Positions 30,687 to 41,698 of a stretch of 64,000 nucleotides of DNA are shown here, in pieces. The stretch is from an uncultured Gemmatimonadales bacterium. GTDB lineage: Bacteria; Gemmatimonadota; Gemmatimonadetes; Gemmatimonadales; GWC2-71-9. Position 1 is the stretch's first letter; every line of letters starts with the position of its first letter. The position numbers and the translations under genes are program-made. The stretch spans positions 896,001-960,000 of the forward strand of contig CAVZZO010000003.1 in the NCBI GenBank assembly GCA_963779755.1, written 5' to 3'. Below the pieces are notes generated by a model. It made no database searches and was not told the origin of the DNA. It saw nothing but the letters and a program-made list of their open reading frames with translations.

Positions 30687-31666
30687 TGGCGACGCTCACC
30701 TACCGCGACGCCCTCAACCAGGCGCTGCGGGAAGAAATGCACCGCGACCCGTCGGTCTTCCTGATGGGCGAGGAGGTGGGCGTCTATCAGGGCGCCTACA
30801 AGGTGAGCCGGGGGCTGCTGGAGGAGTTCGGCCCCATGCGGGTGGTGGACACGCCCATCACCGAGCTGGGCTTCACGGGGGTGGGGGTGGGCGCGGCCAT
30901 GGTCGGCCTGCGGCCCATCGTGGAGGTCATGACCTTCAACTTCGCCCTCCTGGCGCTGGACCAGATCGTCAACTCCGCCGCCAAGATGCGCTACATGTCG
31001 GGCGGGCAGGTCGGCGTGCCGCTGGTGGTGCGCGGGCCCGGCGGCGCGGCCTTGCAGCTGGCGGCCCAGCACTCCCAGGCGCTGGAATCCCACTACGCGC
31101 ACATTCCGGGGCTCACGGTGGTCATGCCGGCCACGCCGGCCGATGCCAAAGGCCTGCTCAAGAGCGCCATCCGGGACGAAAACCCGGTGATCTTCATCGA
31201 AGGGGAAATGCTCTACAACATGAAGGGCGAGGTCCCCGACGAGGAATACACCATCCCGCTGGGTCAGGCGGAGATCAAGCGCGCCGGCAACGACGTGACC
31301 ATCATCTGCCACTCCAAGACGGTGGCGGTGGCGCTCAAGGCGGCCGACCAGCTGGAGGCCGACGGCATCGGCGCCGAGGTGATCGACCTGCGCACCATCC
31401 GGCCGCTGGACGAGCACGCCATCCTCGAGTCGGTCGCCCGCACCCACCGCTGCGTCGTGGCCGAGGAGGGCTGGCCTTTTGCCGGAGTGGGGGCGCAGGT
31501 GGTGGACACGATCCAGGCCAACATCTTCGACGAGCTGGACGCGCCGGTGCTCCGGGTGACCGGGGCCGACGTGCCCATGCCCTACAACAAGACCCTCGAG
31601 AGGGCTGCCAAGGTCGATCCCGCGAAAGTCGTCGCCGCGGCCCGCAAGGTCCTCTACCTCGAGTAG
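30686..31666 (+). CDS. pdhB: Pyruvate dehydrogenase E1 beta
   Basis: GEEVG.YQGAYKVS, DTPITE, AAQHSQ, DLRTIRPLD. Confidence 0.95.
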   Translation: MATLTYRDALNQALREEMHRDPSVFLMGEEVGVYQGAYKVSRGLLEEFGPMRVVDTPITELGFTGVGVGAAMVGLRPIVEVMTFNFALLALDQIVNSAAKMRYMSGGQVGVPLVVRGPGGAALQLAAQHSQALESHYAHIPGLTVVMPATPADAKGLLKSAIRDENPVIFIEGEMLYNMKGEVPDEEYTIPLGQAEIKRAGNDVTIICHSKTVAVALKAADQLEADGIGAEVIDLRTIRPLDEHAILESVARTHRCVVAEEGWPFAGVGAQVVDTIQANIFDELDAPVLRVTGADVPMPYNKTLERAAKVDPAKVVAAARKVLYLE

Positions 31667-31669
31667 CCG

Positions 31670-32957
<1,288 letters not shown>

Positions 32958-32959
<2 letters not shown>

Positions 32960-33079
32960 GGATCAGGAATCAGGAACGGAGGGATGAAGGCCCCTTCCCC
33001 TCCCTCACTGATCCCCGATTCCTGATCCCCGATTCCTGATTCCTGATTCCTGATTCCTGATTCCTGATTCCTGATTCCT
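32958..33079. repeat. Inverted heptamer array (AGGAATC)n ... (GATTCCT)n inside the pdh operon
   Basis: AGGGATC AGGAATC AGGAACG from the pdhC stop; 10 units at 33010-33079, the last 7 perfect GATTCCT. Confidence 0.95.
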
Positions 33080-33099
33080 TGACCGGGAGTTCCGTTCTC

Positions 33100-34497
33100 G
33101 TGGCAACCCAATTCGACATCATCATCCTCGGCGGCGGCCCCGCCGGTTATACCTGCGCCATCCGCTCGGCCCAGCTGGGGCTCAGCACCGCGGTGGTGGA
33201 GAAAGACAAGCTGGGCGGGGTATGCGTCAACATCGGCTGCATTCCGACCAAGGCGCTGCTGCAGAGCGCGCTGATCGCCAACGCCATGGCGCATGAGGCG
33301 GCCGCATTCGGCGTCAACATCGGCGAGGTCAAGACCGACTACGGCGTCGCCATGAAGCGCAGCCGCAAGGTGGCGGAGCAGAATTCCAGGGGCGTCGAGT
33401 TCCTGATGAAAAAACACAAGATCACCGTGATCCGCGGCACCGGCACGCTTCAGCCGGGCCGCAAGGTCAAGGTGGGGAACGATATCTACGAGGCAACGAA
33501 GGGTCTGGTGATCGCCACGGGTTCGCGGGTCAAGGGCCTGCCCCAGGTCGGACTCGAGCTCAACGGCAAAACGGTCATCAGCTCGGACGAGGCGCTGTTT
33601 CTCGAGGCGGCGCCGAAGAGCCTGATCGTGGTGGGCGCCGGCGCGGTCGGCTGCGAATTTGCCGACGTCTTCAACGCCTTCGGCAGCCAGGTGGTGCTGA
33701 TCGAAGCGCTGCCGCGCATCCTCCCGCTGGAGGACGCCGAGGCGTCCGACGCGCTGGCGAAGAGTTACCGCAAACGGAAGATCGAGGTCCGGGCCGGCGC
33801 GAAGATCCTCAAGGCCACCGTGGACAAGGACAAGGTGACGCTCGAGGTGGAAACGGCCGGCAAGAAAGAGACGTTCACGGCCGAGAAGGTCCTGATGGCG
33901 GCGGGGCGGGCGGTCAATACCGAAAACATGGGCTTCAAGGAAGCGGGCGTCGAGCTTACCGACCGAGGCTTCGTGAAGGTCAACCGCGCTACGCTGGAAA
34001 CCACGGCGAAGGGCGTGTACTGCATCGGCGACGTCGCGGGGCCGCCCATGCTGGCCCACAAGGGGAGCCGCGAGGGCGTCAATGTGGCCGAGCTGCTGGC
34101 GGGGAAGACGCCGCACCCCATCACCTATGACAATATCCCCAGCGTCACCTACTGCCACCCCGAGGTGGCCAGCATCGGCATGACGGAAGAACAGGCGAAA
34201 GAGCAGAAGAAGGACTACCAGGCCGGCCATTTCCCCTTCAGCGCCAACGGCCGGGCGCGCACCGCCAACGAGACCGAGGGCTTCGTAAAGGTGCTGCGCG
34301 ACAAGAAATACGGAGAGATCCTGGGCGCGGTCATCGTCGGCAGCCATGCCTCCGAGATAATCCACGAGCTGGCCGTGGCCCGGGAGAACGAATACACGGT
34401 GGAAGAGGTGGATCTCACCGTCCACGCGCACCCCACGCTGTCCGAAGCGATCGCCGAGGCCTGCCTGGACAGCATGGGGAGGGCCCTGAACATCTAG
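33100..34497 (+). CDS. lpdA: Dihydrolipoyl dehydrogenase (E3)
   Basis: GGGPAGY, GGVCVNIGCIPTK, HAHPTLSE; GTG start after GGGAG. Confidence 0.96.
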   Translation: MATQFDIIILGGGPAGYTCAIRSAQLGLSTAVVEKDKLGGVCVNIGCIPTKALLQSALIANAMAHEAAAFGVNIGEVKTDYGVAMKRSRKVAEQNSRGVEFLMKKHKITVIRGTGTLQPGRKVKVGNDIYEATKGLVIATGSRVKGLPQVGLELNGKTVISSDEALFLEAAPKSLIVVGAGAVGCEFADVFNAFGSQVVLIEALPRILPLEDAEASDALAKSYRKRKIEVRAGAKILKATVDKDKVTLEVETAGKKETFTAEKVLMAAGRAVNTENMGFKEAGVELTDRGFVKVNRATLETTAKGVYCIGDVAGPPMLAHKGSREGVNVAELLAGKTPHPITYDNIPSVTYCHPEVASIGMTEEQAKEQKKDYQAGHFPFSANGRARTANETEGFVKVLRDKKYGEILGAVIVGSHASEIIHELAVARENEYTVEEVDLTVHAHPTLSEAIAEACLDSMGRALNI

Positions 34498-34522
34498 GCC
34501 GCCGGCGGACCAGGATCACATC

Positions 34523-34574
34523 AGGCGTAAGGCGTGAGGGGTGTCGCGCCTTACGCCTTGCCTCTTACGCCTTA
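34523..34574. repeat. Inverted heptamer array (AGGCGTR)n ... (CGCCTTA)n
   Basis: AGGCGTA AGGCGTG AGGGGTG / CGCCTTA CGCCTTG CCTCTTA CGCCTTA. Confidence 0.85.
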
Positions 34575-34584
34575 CCTTTCGCCC

Positions 34585-35022
34585 ATGTCCCACTCCCTGC
34601 CCCCCGCCCCCCCGGACTTCGTCCCCCTGGCCTTTGCCGGCACGGCGTTCGGCGTGGTGCTGGGGGCGGTCATCATGACGGCGTTTCTGCTGGTGAACCG
34701 TGCCCTGATTCACCCGGCGCCCGCCGGAAGCACCACCCCGGACCTGAACCAGCCCGCGGCGGTGGCGCTGTTCATCGCACCATTGGTGACGCTGCTCATT
34801 CCCGCCGTCGTCACCTGGAACCTGCTGGGCGCCATTCCCTCCACCTTCCGCCGGGGCGGGCTCTCGATGGTCGGGGCGTTCGGCGGGCTGCTGCTCTCGT
34901 TCGCCAACGTCCCGCTCAACCAGTTTGGGGGCATTCGGGGCATGATCGGTTTCCTCGTATTTCTGCTGGCGCTGCTCCTGCTGCTGGGACGGCGGCTGCA
35001 CCGGCTGCCGCTGCCCGGGTGA
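34585..35022 (+). CDS. Hypothetical 4-TM membrane protein
   Basis: Four hydrophobic segments; GTGA overlap with lipB. Confidence 0.7.
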   Translation: MSHSLPPAPPDFVPLAFAGTAFGVVLGAVIMTAFLLVNRALIHPAPAGSTTPDLNQPAAVALFIAPLVTLLIPAVVTWNLLGAIPSTFRRGGLSMVGAFGGLLLSFANVPLNQFGGIRGMIGFLVFLLALLLLLGRRLHRLPLPG

Positions 35023-35747
35023 CCGCACCACTGGGAGTTGTGGATCTGGGGCTCCGCCCCTACGGCGAGGTGCTCGAGCTGCAGCGCAGCCTCTGCCGGC
35101 GCCGGATTTCGGGCGACATCCGCCAGGACCTGCTGCTCCTGGTCGAGCACCCGCCGGTGGTGACCCTGGGCCGGGGAACCCGGCAGACCAGTCTGCCCCT
35201 GGCGCCCGAGGCCCTCCGGCAGCGGGGCCTCGAGGTGTTCGAGATCGAACGGGGCGGCGACGTTACCTGGCACGGGCCGGGACAACTGGTGGGCTACCCC
35301 ATTATCGATCTGAACCGGCACCGGCCGGACCTGCACTGGTACCTGCGGGAGCTGGAAGGCGCCCTCATCGACGCCCTGGCCACACTGGCCATTCCCGCAG
35401 GGCGTAACCCCGGCCTGACCGGCGTGTGGACGGGCGGCCGCAAGATCGCGAGCATTGGGATTCATGTGAAGCAGTGGGTTACTTACCACGGCTTCGCCCT
35501 CAACGTGGTCAACGCCCTGTCTCATTTCGACCTGATCGTGCCCTGCGGCATCCAGGGCGTCACCATGACCTCGGTGCGCCGGGAGCGTGGGGAGCGGGAT
35601 GACCCGGCAGACCTCTGGCGGCGGACCCGGGAGGCCGTGGTCACATGCATGGGCGCCCACTTCGACCGCCGGCCGGAGCAGGTGGCCGCCGCCACTTTCG
35701 AGCTCACGGGGACAGGACACCGGGGAACCGGATCGCCGGATTCCTGA
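35019..35747 (+). CDS. lipB: Octanoyltransferase
   Basis: EHPPVVTLGR, RGGDVTWHGPGQLVGYP, KIASIG, HGFALNV, IVPCGI. Confidence 0.95.
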   Translation: MTAPLGVVDLGLRPYGEVLELQRSLCRRRISGDIRQDLLLLVEHPPVVTLGRGTRQTSLPLAPEALRQRGLEVFEIERGGDVTWHGPGQLVGYPIIDLNRHRPDLHWYLRELEGALIDALATLAIPAGRNPGLTGVWTGGRKIASIGIHVKQWVTYHGFALNVVNALSHFDLIVPCGIQGVTMTSVRRERGERDDPADLWRRTREAVVTCMGAHFDRRPEQVAAATFELTGTGHRGTGSPDS

Positions 35748-35780
35748 TTCCCCCTTTCCGTTTCCCCTGTCCCGTTCCCC
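35708..35780. repeat. Mosaic heptamer array overlapping the lipB 3' end
   Basis: GATTCCT GATTCCC CCTTTCC GTTTCCC CTGTCCC GTTCCCC (35739-35780), preceded by a G-rich arm. Confidence 0.7.
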
Positions 35781-35792
35781 CCAGGCCATGCC

Positions 35793-36422
35793 ATGCCCAC
35801 ACCCCTCGACGTCCGCCCCGCCGACCGCCCACGGCTGCCGCCCGGGCAAACCGAGACCCGCAAGTGGCCGGTGCTGCACTACGGCCAGGTGCCCCGCTTC
35901 GAGTCTGCAACATGGACCTTTGCCGTCTCCGGAGAAGTGGAACATCCCTTCACGCTGCGTTGGGAGGAGTTGCTGGCGCTGCCGCGGACGGAGGTGCGGT
36001 GCGACATCCACTGCGTGACCCGCTGGAGCCGGTTCGACAACCTGTTCAGCGGCATCGCGACCACGACCCTCGCGGAGCGGGCCGGCCTCACCCCGGAGGC
36101 GCGCTTCGCGCTGGTCCACGCCGAGCAGGGGTACAGCACCAATCTGCCGGTGCGCGACCTGCTGGCGCCGGGCTGCATGCTGGCCCTGCGGCACAACGGG
36201 GAGGACCTTACCCCGGAGCACGGCGGCCCGGTCCGGCTGCTGGTCCCCCATCTCTATCTCTGGAAAAGCGCCAAGTGGGTCCGCGGAATCGAATTCCTCC
36301 CCGAGGACTATCCCGGATTCTGGGAACAGAACGGCTACCACAAGCGGGGCGACCCCTGGGCGGAGGAGCGCTATGGGAGGCCGGACCCGGTGCGAATGCG
36401 GCGGGGCAACAGACGTGGATGA
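35793..36422 (+). CDS. Sulfite-oxidase-like molybdopterin oxidoreductase (cytoplasmic)
   Basis: RLPPGQ, WPVLHYG, DIHCVTRWS, HGGPVRL, WKSAKWV, GFWE.NGYH. Confidence 0.88.
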   Translation: MPTPLDVRPADRPRLPPGQTETRKWPVLHYGQVPRFESATWTFAVSGEVEHPFTLRWEELLALPRTEVRCDIHCVTRWSRFDNLFSGIATTTLAERAGLTPEARFALVHAEQGYSTNLPVRDLLAPGCMLALRHNGEDLTPEHGGPVRLLVPHLYLWKSAKWVRGIEFLPEDYPGFWEQNGYHKRGDPWAEERYGRPDPVRMRRGNRRG

Positions 36423-36528
36423 TATGGGCTGAGCGGGCCGATCGGGGCGGAAGATTTCGACCTGCCTTGCCAATTTGGCCCGCTCTGCACCGCTTGTCTT
36501 TCCGACCCGATCTTGCGTTTTTCATTAC

Positions 36529-37104
36529 ATGTCAGAACGCAGACCGCCGGAGCCGCAGATCGAAGAACGGGTGGCAACGGTGCTCCGGGCGGCGGAGAGC
36601 TGGGCTCGGGAGGCGCCCGCGCCTCTGGCGGGGCCGGTGAGGGCGGTATGCATACGGCTGGCCGAAATGGTCGCCGACCAGCGGCACTACCTGGCGCCGC
36701 TGCCGGAGCCGCAGGACTCCGAACGCAAGGCCGTGCTGGCGGGGGTGGCCCACCGGCTCTCGTCCTCGCCCGTTATCGACCCGCTCCAGGCGGAATTCGC
36801 GGCCCTCAACGAAATGGAGCTCAAGTCCACCGGCTCCTGGGCCACCGTCCCCACCGCACAGACCGAATGGGTAGAGACCGCGGTTCACTACCTGGAGGAG
36901 TGCGCGCGACAACTCCCTGACAGTGGGCGTCCCGACGACTACTGGGCCGAAGACGTGGTGGCCGGGGTGATCGCATCGGTCCGGGCGCTCCTCGGCGTGG
37001 AAGAGCTGCACGCTCGCGCCGACGCGGTGAACCCCAACCAGCGCACCAGCGGGCAGGAACCGGCCGAGCCGGAAGAGCCGCCGGAGTGGGATGGAGAAGA
37101 GTAG
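36529..37104 (+). CDS. Hypothetical protein (helical, acidic tail)
   Basis: GC3-rich ORF filling the gap between two genes; no motif recognised. Confidence 0.65.
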   Translation: MSERRPPEPQIEERVATVLRAAESWAREAPAPLAGPVRAVCIRLAEMVADQRHYLAPLPEPQDSERKAVLAGVAHRLSSSPVIDPLQAEFAALNEMELKSTGSWATVPTAQTEWVETAVHYLEECARQLPDSGRPDDYWAEDVVAGVIASVRALLGVEELHARADAVNPNQRTSGQEPAEPEEPPEWDGEE

Positions 37105-37106
37105 AA

Positions 37107-37188
37107 AGGACTGAGGACTGAGGACTGAGGACTGAGGACTGAGGACTGAGGATTGAGGACTGAGCGAAGATACCCAGTCCCCGGTCCT
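37107..37188. repeat. Heptamer array (AGGACTG)8 with short inverted arm
   Basis: 8 units at 37107-37162 (one AGGATTG); CAGTCCC CGGTCCT at 37175-37188. Confidence 0.95.
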
Positions 37189-37199
37189 CTTTGGTTTGG

Positions 37200-38609
37200 T
37201 CAGACTTCCACTTCTTCTTCGGCCTCCCGGGCGGCTTTCGTTCCGGCGCCGTTCTCTCCCATCAGCTCGAAGAAGCGCCCGAAGACCTTGATACCGTCCC
37301 AGAGCTGATCCAGGTCGAGCTTCTCATTGGGTGAATGCAGCCGGTCGTCGGGCAGACCGATGCCGGTGACGATCACCGGGGCGCCCGCCACGCCCAGCTC
37401 GCCGACGATGGGAATGGACCCGCCGGCCCGGACCGGCACCGTTCCCCGTCCCACGACCTCCTTGAAGGCCTCGCTCAGCTGGTCGAAGACGGGATCGTCC
37501 ACATCCACCTGGGTCGGCTCGCCGCCGTGGACCAAACGCACCTCCACCTCGGCCCAACGTGGCGCCAGCTCGCGCACCGCCTTCTCCAGCTGCTTCGCGA
37601 CCTTTTCCATCTTCTGCCCCGGCACCAGCCGGAGACTGACCTTGGCGGTGGCCTGCGCCGGAATGACCGTCTTGGCGCCTTCGCCGGTGAAACCGCCGCG
37701 GATACCGTGGATCTCGAAGGTCGGCAGCGCCCAGGTCCGCTCGAAGATCGAATATTCCTTCATGCCGGTGAGCGCCTGGGCTCCCAACTCTTCCTCCATG
37801 TACTCCTTCTTGTTGAAGGGGAGTTTCTTCCAGGCCTTGAGCTCCGTCTTGCTGGGCTCCTTGACGGGTTTGTAGAGCCCCTTGATGTGGATCCGTCCCT
37901 TGTCGTCCTTGAGCTGGCTCAGGATCCGCACCAGCGTCTCCAGCGCATTCGGCGCCACGCCGCCGTAGGTGCCCGAGTGCAGGTCCTGCTTCAAGGTGCG
38001 GACCTGCACCTCGGCGTAGCAGATGCCGCGCAGGGCGGTGTACACGGCCGGCCAGCCGGGAGCGTAGTACCCGGCATCGCAGATGAGCACCGCGTCCACA
38101 TCGGCCCGCTCCGGCTCCTTCTTGAGCAGATCGAAGATCACCTGCCCGCCGCACTCCTCCTCGCCTTCGAAGATGAAGTGGACGTTGATGGGCGGGGTGC
38201 CGTCGGCGCTCAGGCTGGCCTCATAGGCCTTGAGCAGACAGTAGACCTGGCCCTTGTCGTCGGCCGACCCGCGGGCGAAGAGCTTGCCGTCGCGCACGGT
38301 CGCCTCGAACGGCGGCGACTCCCACTCGTCGAGGGGATCGGGAGGCTGCACGTCGTAGTGGCCGTAGATCAGCAGCGTGGGCTTGCCCGGCACTTCCGGC
38401 GATTCCGCCCAGATCGTGGGGTGGCCGCGTCCCTCCAGCAGGTTCACTACCGGGCAGCCCAGGGTGCGGAGCTGCTCCATGAGCCAGTCGGCGGCCTTGC
38501 GGACATCGGCGGTACGCTCGGGGAGGGTGCTGATGCTGGGAATGGCGAGGAAATCAGTGAGTTCCGAGAGCAGCCGGTCGCGCTCCCGCTCAACGAAGGT
38601 GGCGTCCAT
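37200..38609 (-). CDS. M20-family dipeptidase
   Basis: YGHYDVQP, ARGSADDKGQ, EGEEE, DLHSG.YGG, GGSIP, HSPNE; start could be 38615. Confidence 0.92.
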   Translation of the reverse strand: MDATFVERERDRLLSELTDFLAIPSISTLPERTADVRKAADWLMEQLRTLGCPVVNLLEGRGHPTIWAESPEVPGKPTLLIYGHYDVQPPDPLDEWESPPFEATVRDGKLFARGSADDKGQVYCLLKAYEASLSADGTPPINVHFIFEGEEECGGQVIFDLLKKEPERADVDAVLICDAGYYAPGWPAVYTALRGICYAEVQVRTLKQDLHSGTYGGVAPNALETLVRILSQLKDDKGRIHIKGLYKPVKEPSKTELKAWKKLPFNKKEYMEEELGAQALTGMKEYSIFERTWALPTFEIHGIRGGFTGEGAKTVIPAQATAKVSLRLVPGQKMEKVAKQLEKAVRELAPRWAEVEVRLVHGGEPTQVDVDDPVFDQLSEAFKEVVGRGTVPVRAGGSIPIVGELGVAGAPVIVTGIGLPDDRLHSPNEKLDLDQLWDGIKVFGRFFELMGENGAGTKAAREAEEEVEV

Positions 38610-38874
38610 GGGCATATCCCGTCGTGAAGGCATGCGCGCCGGAGGTGGCCCGCCCCGGAAACAGACAACCGGCCCCGGAGCTTGTCAATGCGGGATTCCC
38701 CTCTGGCGGACCCCGTACCGGGCGGTACATTCGCGGCATGTTCACCATCGCCCCGTACCGCGCCTTCGGTGCCAGGCCGGAAGACCGTGAACAGCGCCCG
38801 GACCGGCTGCGGGCGTGGACGGAATATTTCGACCTGCTGTGCGCCGCCGGGCGCCGCCGGGCCGGGGGGCGGCG

Positions 38875-39396
38875 ATGACCCTCGCCATCGAAGCGGTTCA
38901 GGGCGACATCACCCGCCAGGAGGTGGACGCGATCGTCAACGCGGCCAATACCAGCCTGCTGGGTGGCGGGGGGGTCGACGGCGCGATTCACCGGGCCGCG
39001 GGTCCGGGGCTGCTGGAGGAGTGCCGGACCCTGGACGGCTGCCCGACGGGGGAGGCGCGGATAACCGGCGGGTACCGGCTGCCCGCCCGCCATGTCATCC
39101 ATGCCGTGGGCCCCATCTGGCGCGGCGGCCGGCAGGGCGAGCCGGATCTCCTGCGGGGCTGCTACCGCCATGCCCTCCGGCTGGCCGCCGAGCGTGACCT
39201 CGCCTCGATCGCCTTTCCCTCCATCAGCACCGGCGTATACGGCTATCCCATCGAGCTGGCGGCACCCCTCGCGGTGCAGACCGTCAGGGATTGGCGGAAA
39301 GACCCGGGCAGCATCCGGCTGGTCCGGTTCGTCTGCTTCAGCGCCGCCGACCTGGCGGTCTACCAGGAAGTGCTGGACGCCTCCGGGCAAGCCTGA
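38875..39396 (+). CDS. Macro-domain O-acetyl-ADP-ribose deacetylase (YmdB-like)
   Basis: [44 protein letters not shown]. Confidence 0.93.
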   Translation: MTLAIEAVQGDITRQEVDAIVNAANTSLLGGGGVDGAIHRAAGPGLLEECRTLDGCPTGEARITGGYRLPARHVIHAVGPIWRGGRQGEPDLLRGCYRHALRLAAERDLASIAFPSISTGVYGYPIELAAPLAVQTVRDWRKDPGSIRLVRFVCFSAADLAVYQEVLDASGQA

Positions 39397-39401
39397 CCGA
39401 T

Positions 39402-39507
39402 ACACAGATTGCGCTGATGACACGAATGGATTCCAGGGCCGGGCCGCGTTCCGATAGCGGCCCGGGGACCCACAGAAAACCGGAGCAGATTCTGCGTAAT
39501 CCGTGGA
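39402..39507. repeat. Degenerate 9-mer inverted array
   Basis: ACACAGATT GCGCTGATG ACACGAATG ... ATTCTGCGT AATCCGTGG. Confidence 0.4.
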
Positions 39508-39579
39508 TCGGCAACCTTCCGCGCCTCCAGGCTATCCAAGACGACTGCTGCCGATCAATCCCTGACTCCGGAGCTGACC

Positions 39580-40608
39580 ATGCGGATCGCCTCCTGCCTG
39601 CTGTTCGCCCTGCCCGTGATGCTGCCCGCGGCGGCCCGGGCACAAACCGAGCGACATGTCCTGCAAGGCGATCGCCCGATCGTCTATGACCTGGTGGGCG
39701 AGGTGCGGATCGAGAAAGGATCCGGCCCGGACGTGGTGGTTGAGCTCACCCGGGGAGGCGGCGGCGGCGCCCGGCTGCAGGTGGTCACCCCGGGGGGCCA
39801 CGAGCTGCGGGTGATCTTCCCGGACGATCAGATCGTCTATCCTCGCCTGCGCAACAGCAATGACGAAGTGCAGGTGCATGACGACGGCACCTTCGGCTCC
39901 GGATCCCGGGGTGGTCACCAGGTGCGCATCTCCGGCCACGGCAGCGGCGTCGAGGCCTGGGCGGACCTGCGGCTCCTGGTGCCCGCGGGCAAGCGGGTGG
40001 AGGTCCATCTGGGGGTGGGAAGGATGGTCGCGAGTGCCGTCACCGGCGACCTGCGGCTGGACGCCCTCTCGGGCGACATCTCGGTAGACGGCACGAGGGG
40101 CACCCTCAACGTTTCCACCGGCTCGGGGGATATCGAGGCCCGCTCCATCGAGGGGGATCTGACCCTGGACACCGGCTCCGGCGATATCCGGCTGGATGAG
40201 GGGCGGGGCGGCCGGCTCCGGCTGGACACCGGCTCCGGCGACATCCGCGGTAGCGGACTGGACTACCGGAACCAGTCGTTCGATACCGGCTCGGGCGATG
40301 TGACGCTGGCCGGCGTGGCGGCGGATGATGTGGATGTCGACAGCGGATCGGGCGACGTGGAGATTCGCTTCACCCGCGATCTCGCCAGTCTCCGGATCGA
40401 GACGGGCTCAGGCGATGTGACCCTGGACCTGCCGGCGACCGCCGGCGCGGCGCTGGATCTCCAGACCTCGAGCGGCGACCTGGACACCGAGCTGCCGATC
40501 ACCATTAGCCGGAAATCGGAGGATCACCTCGTCGGGACCATCGGCGACGGCCGGGGCCGGATCCGGGTGGAGACCAGCTCGGGGGACGTCAGGCTGAGGC
40601 GGGAATAA
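39580..40608 (+). CDS. Exported DUF4097-like beta-strand repeat protein
   Basis: GGAG RBS, signal peptide, ~9 (T/S)GSGD(I/V)-like repeats. Confidence 0.85.
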   Translation: MRIASCLLFALPVMLPAAARAQTERHVLQGDRPIVYDLVGEVRIEKGSGPDVVVELTRGGGGGARLQVVTPGGHELRVIFPDDQIVYPRLRNSNDEVQVHDDGTFGSGSRGGHQVRISGHGSGVEAWADLRLLVPAGKRVEVHLGVGRMVASAVTGDLRLDALSGDISVDGTRGTLNVSTGSGDIEARSIEGDLTLDTGSGDIRLDEGRGGRLRLDTGSGDIRGSGLDYRNQSFDTGSGDVTLAGVAADDVDVDSGSGDVEIRFTRDLASLRIETGSGDVTLDLPATAGAALDLQTSSGDLDTELPITISRKSEDHLVGTIGDGRGRIRVETSSGDVRLRRE

Positions 40609-40612
40609 CCCC

Positions 40613-41698
40613 TCAGGGCCGTCCCGATTTCACACCCCGCTCCAGCGTCTGGTAGGCGCTGTCGCCTGCCACGCCTTCCATGAGCCGCCGCAGGGCCGCC
40701 ACGCTTTCCTCCACCGATCCGCCGTGTTGCTCGTACCAGTCCTGGAACAGGTCCAGCCGGGTGCGGTAGATCCGGGCGGCGATGAGACGCGCATTGTTGA
40801 TCGGCCGGTCGGGAAGCGGGCCGATCTGGTAGGTCCGCAAGCTCTGCCCCACCGGCCCCTCCAACTGCTCCCGCGCCCAGCGCGCGATCACCCGGCGGCC
40901 CGCGTCCACCGCGGCCGTGTCGGTCGTGCCGCGATAGAGCGAGTCGAGCCGCTCCGCCAGCTCGCGGTAGTAGCGGCTCAGGATGACTTCGTCGTGCCAC
41001 CGGTCGGCGGCGTATCGGGCGGTGGCCGAATCGCCCCGTGCGCGGAAGAACGTCTCCGCCCCGCGATAGCCCACCAGCTGCGCGAAGCTCTCGTTGAAAG
41101 GGGTGGCGCTCTTTACATAGAGCGTGTTGTGCCCGATCTCGTGCAGCACCAGCGCCGCCAGTTCCATGGAGTCGCGGGTGAGCGCGGTGGAAAGGAGCGG
41201 GTCGTTGAACCACCCCAGCGTGGAAAAGGCGCCGGAAGGCCGGAGGTAGACATCGTAGCCCTTCTGCTCCAGCCTGGCCGCTTCCCGGCGCGCCATGTCC
41301 TGGTCGAAGAACCCCTTGTAGGGGATACGGCCTACGATAGGGTACTTCCAGGTGTAGGGGCAGAGGCAGTTGCGCGGCGACGCCGAGAGTACCAGCAGCA
41401 GGGTGTCCCGGCGCACATCAGTGTATTGCGTATAGGTCTGCCCCGCGTCGAGCCCGATCCGGCCGGCGAAGTCCCGCGCGTCCAGCACCAGGCGCAGTTG
41501 GCGCCGCAGTGCCGGATCGGTGGCGCTGTCCGCGACCAGCTTCGCGATAGGTTCGCGGTGGGTGAGGATGTACGTCTCCTCGAAGCCGGCGCGGGTGAGA
41601 TAACGGACATCACTGCTGGCGAACCACGCGGTGGAGTAGCCGGCGATCAGCACACCCACCAGGACGATGAAGGTCATGGCAACCTTTCGCGTGTTCAT
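40613..41698 (-). CDS. Putative exported zinc aminopeptidase
   Basis: N-terminal TM; W.YPIVG..PYKGFF, AFSTLGWFNDP, HEIGH, FNESFA. Confidence 0.85.
   Translation of the reverse strand: MNTRKVAMTFIVLVGVLIAGYSTAWFASSDVRYLTRAGFEETYILTHREPIAKLVADSATDPALRRQLRLVLDARDFAGRIGLDAGQTYTQYTDVRRDTLLLVLSASPRNCLCPYTWKYPIVGRIPYKGFFDQDMARREAARLEQKGYDVYLRPSGAFSTLGWFNDPLLSTALTRDSMELAALVLHEIGHNTLYVKSATPFNESFAQLVGYRGAETFFRARGDSATARYAADRWHDEVILSRYYRELAERLDSLYRGTTDTAAVDAGRRVIARWAREQLEGPVGQSLRTYQIGPLPDRPINNARLIAARIYRTRLDLFQDWYEQHGGSVEESVAALRRLMEGVAGDSAYQTLERGVKSGRP

Noticed and set aside
38875..39396. Macro domain, NTase (53334) or CPBP/Abi (56682) genes as an anti-phage defence island
   Set aside because: They are dispersed among housekeeping genes, with no toxin/effector partners, mobility genes or composition shift.
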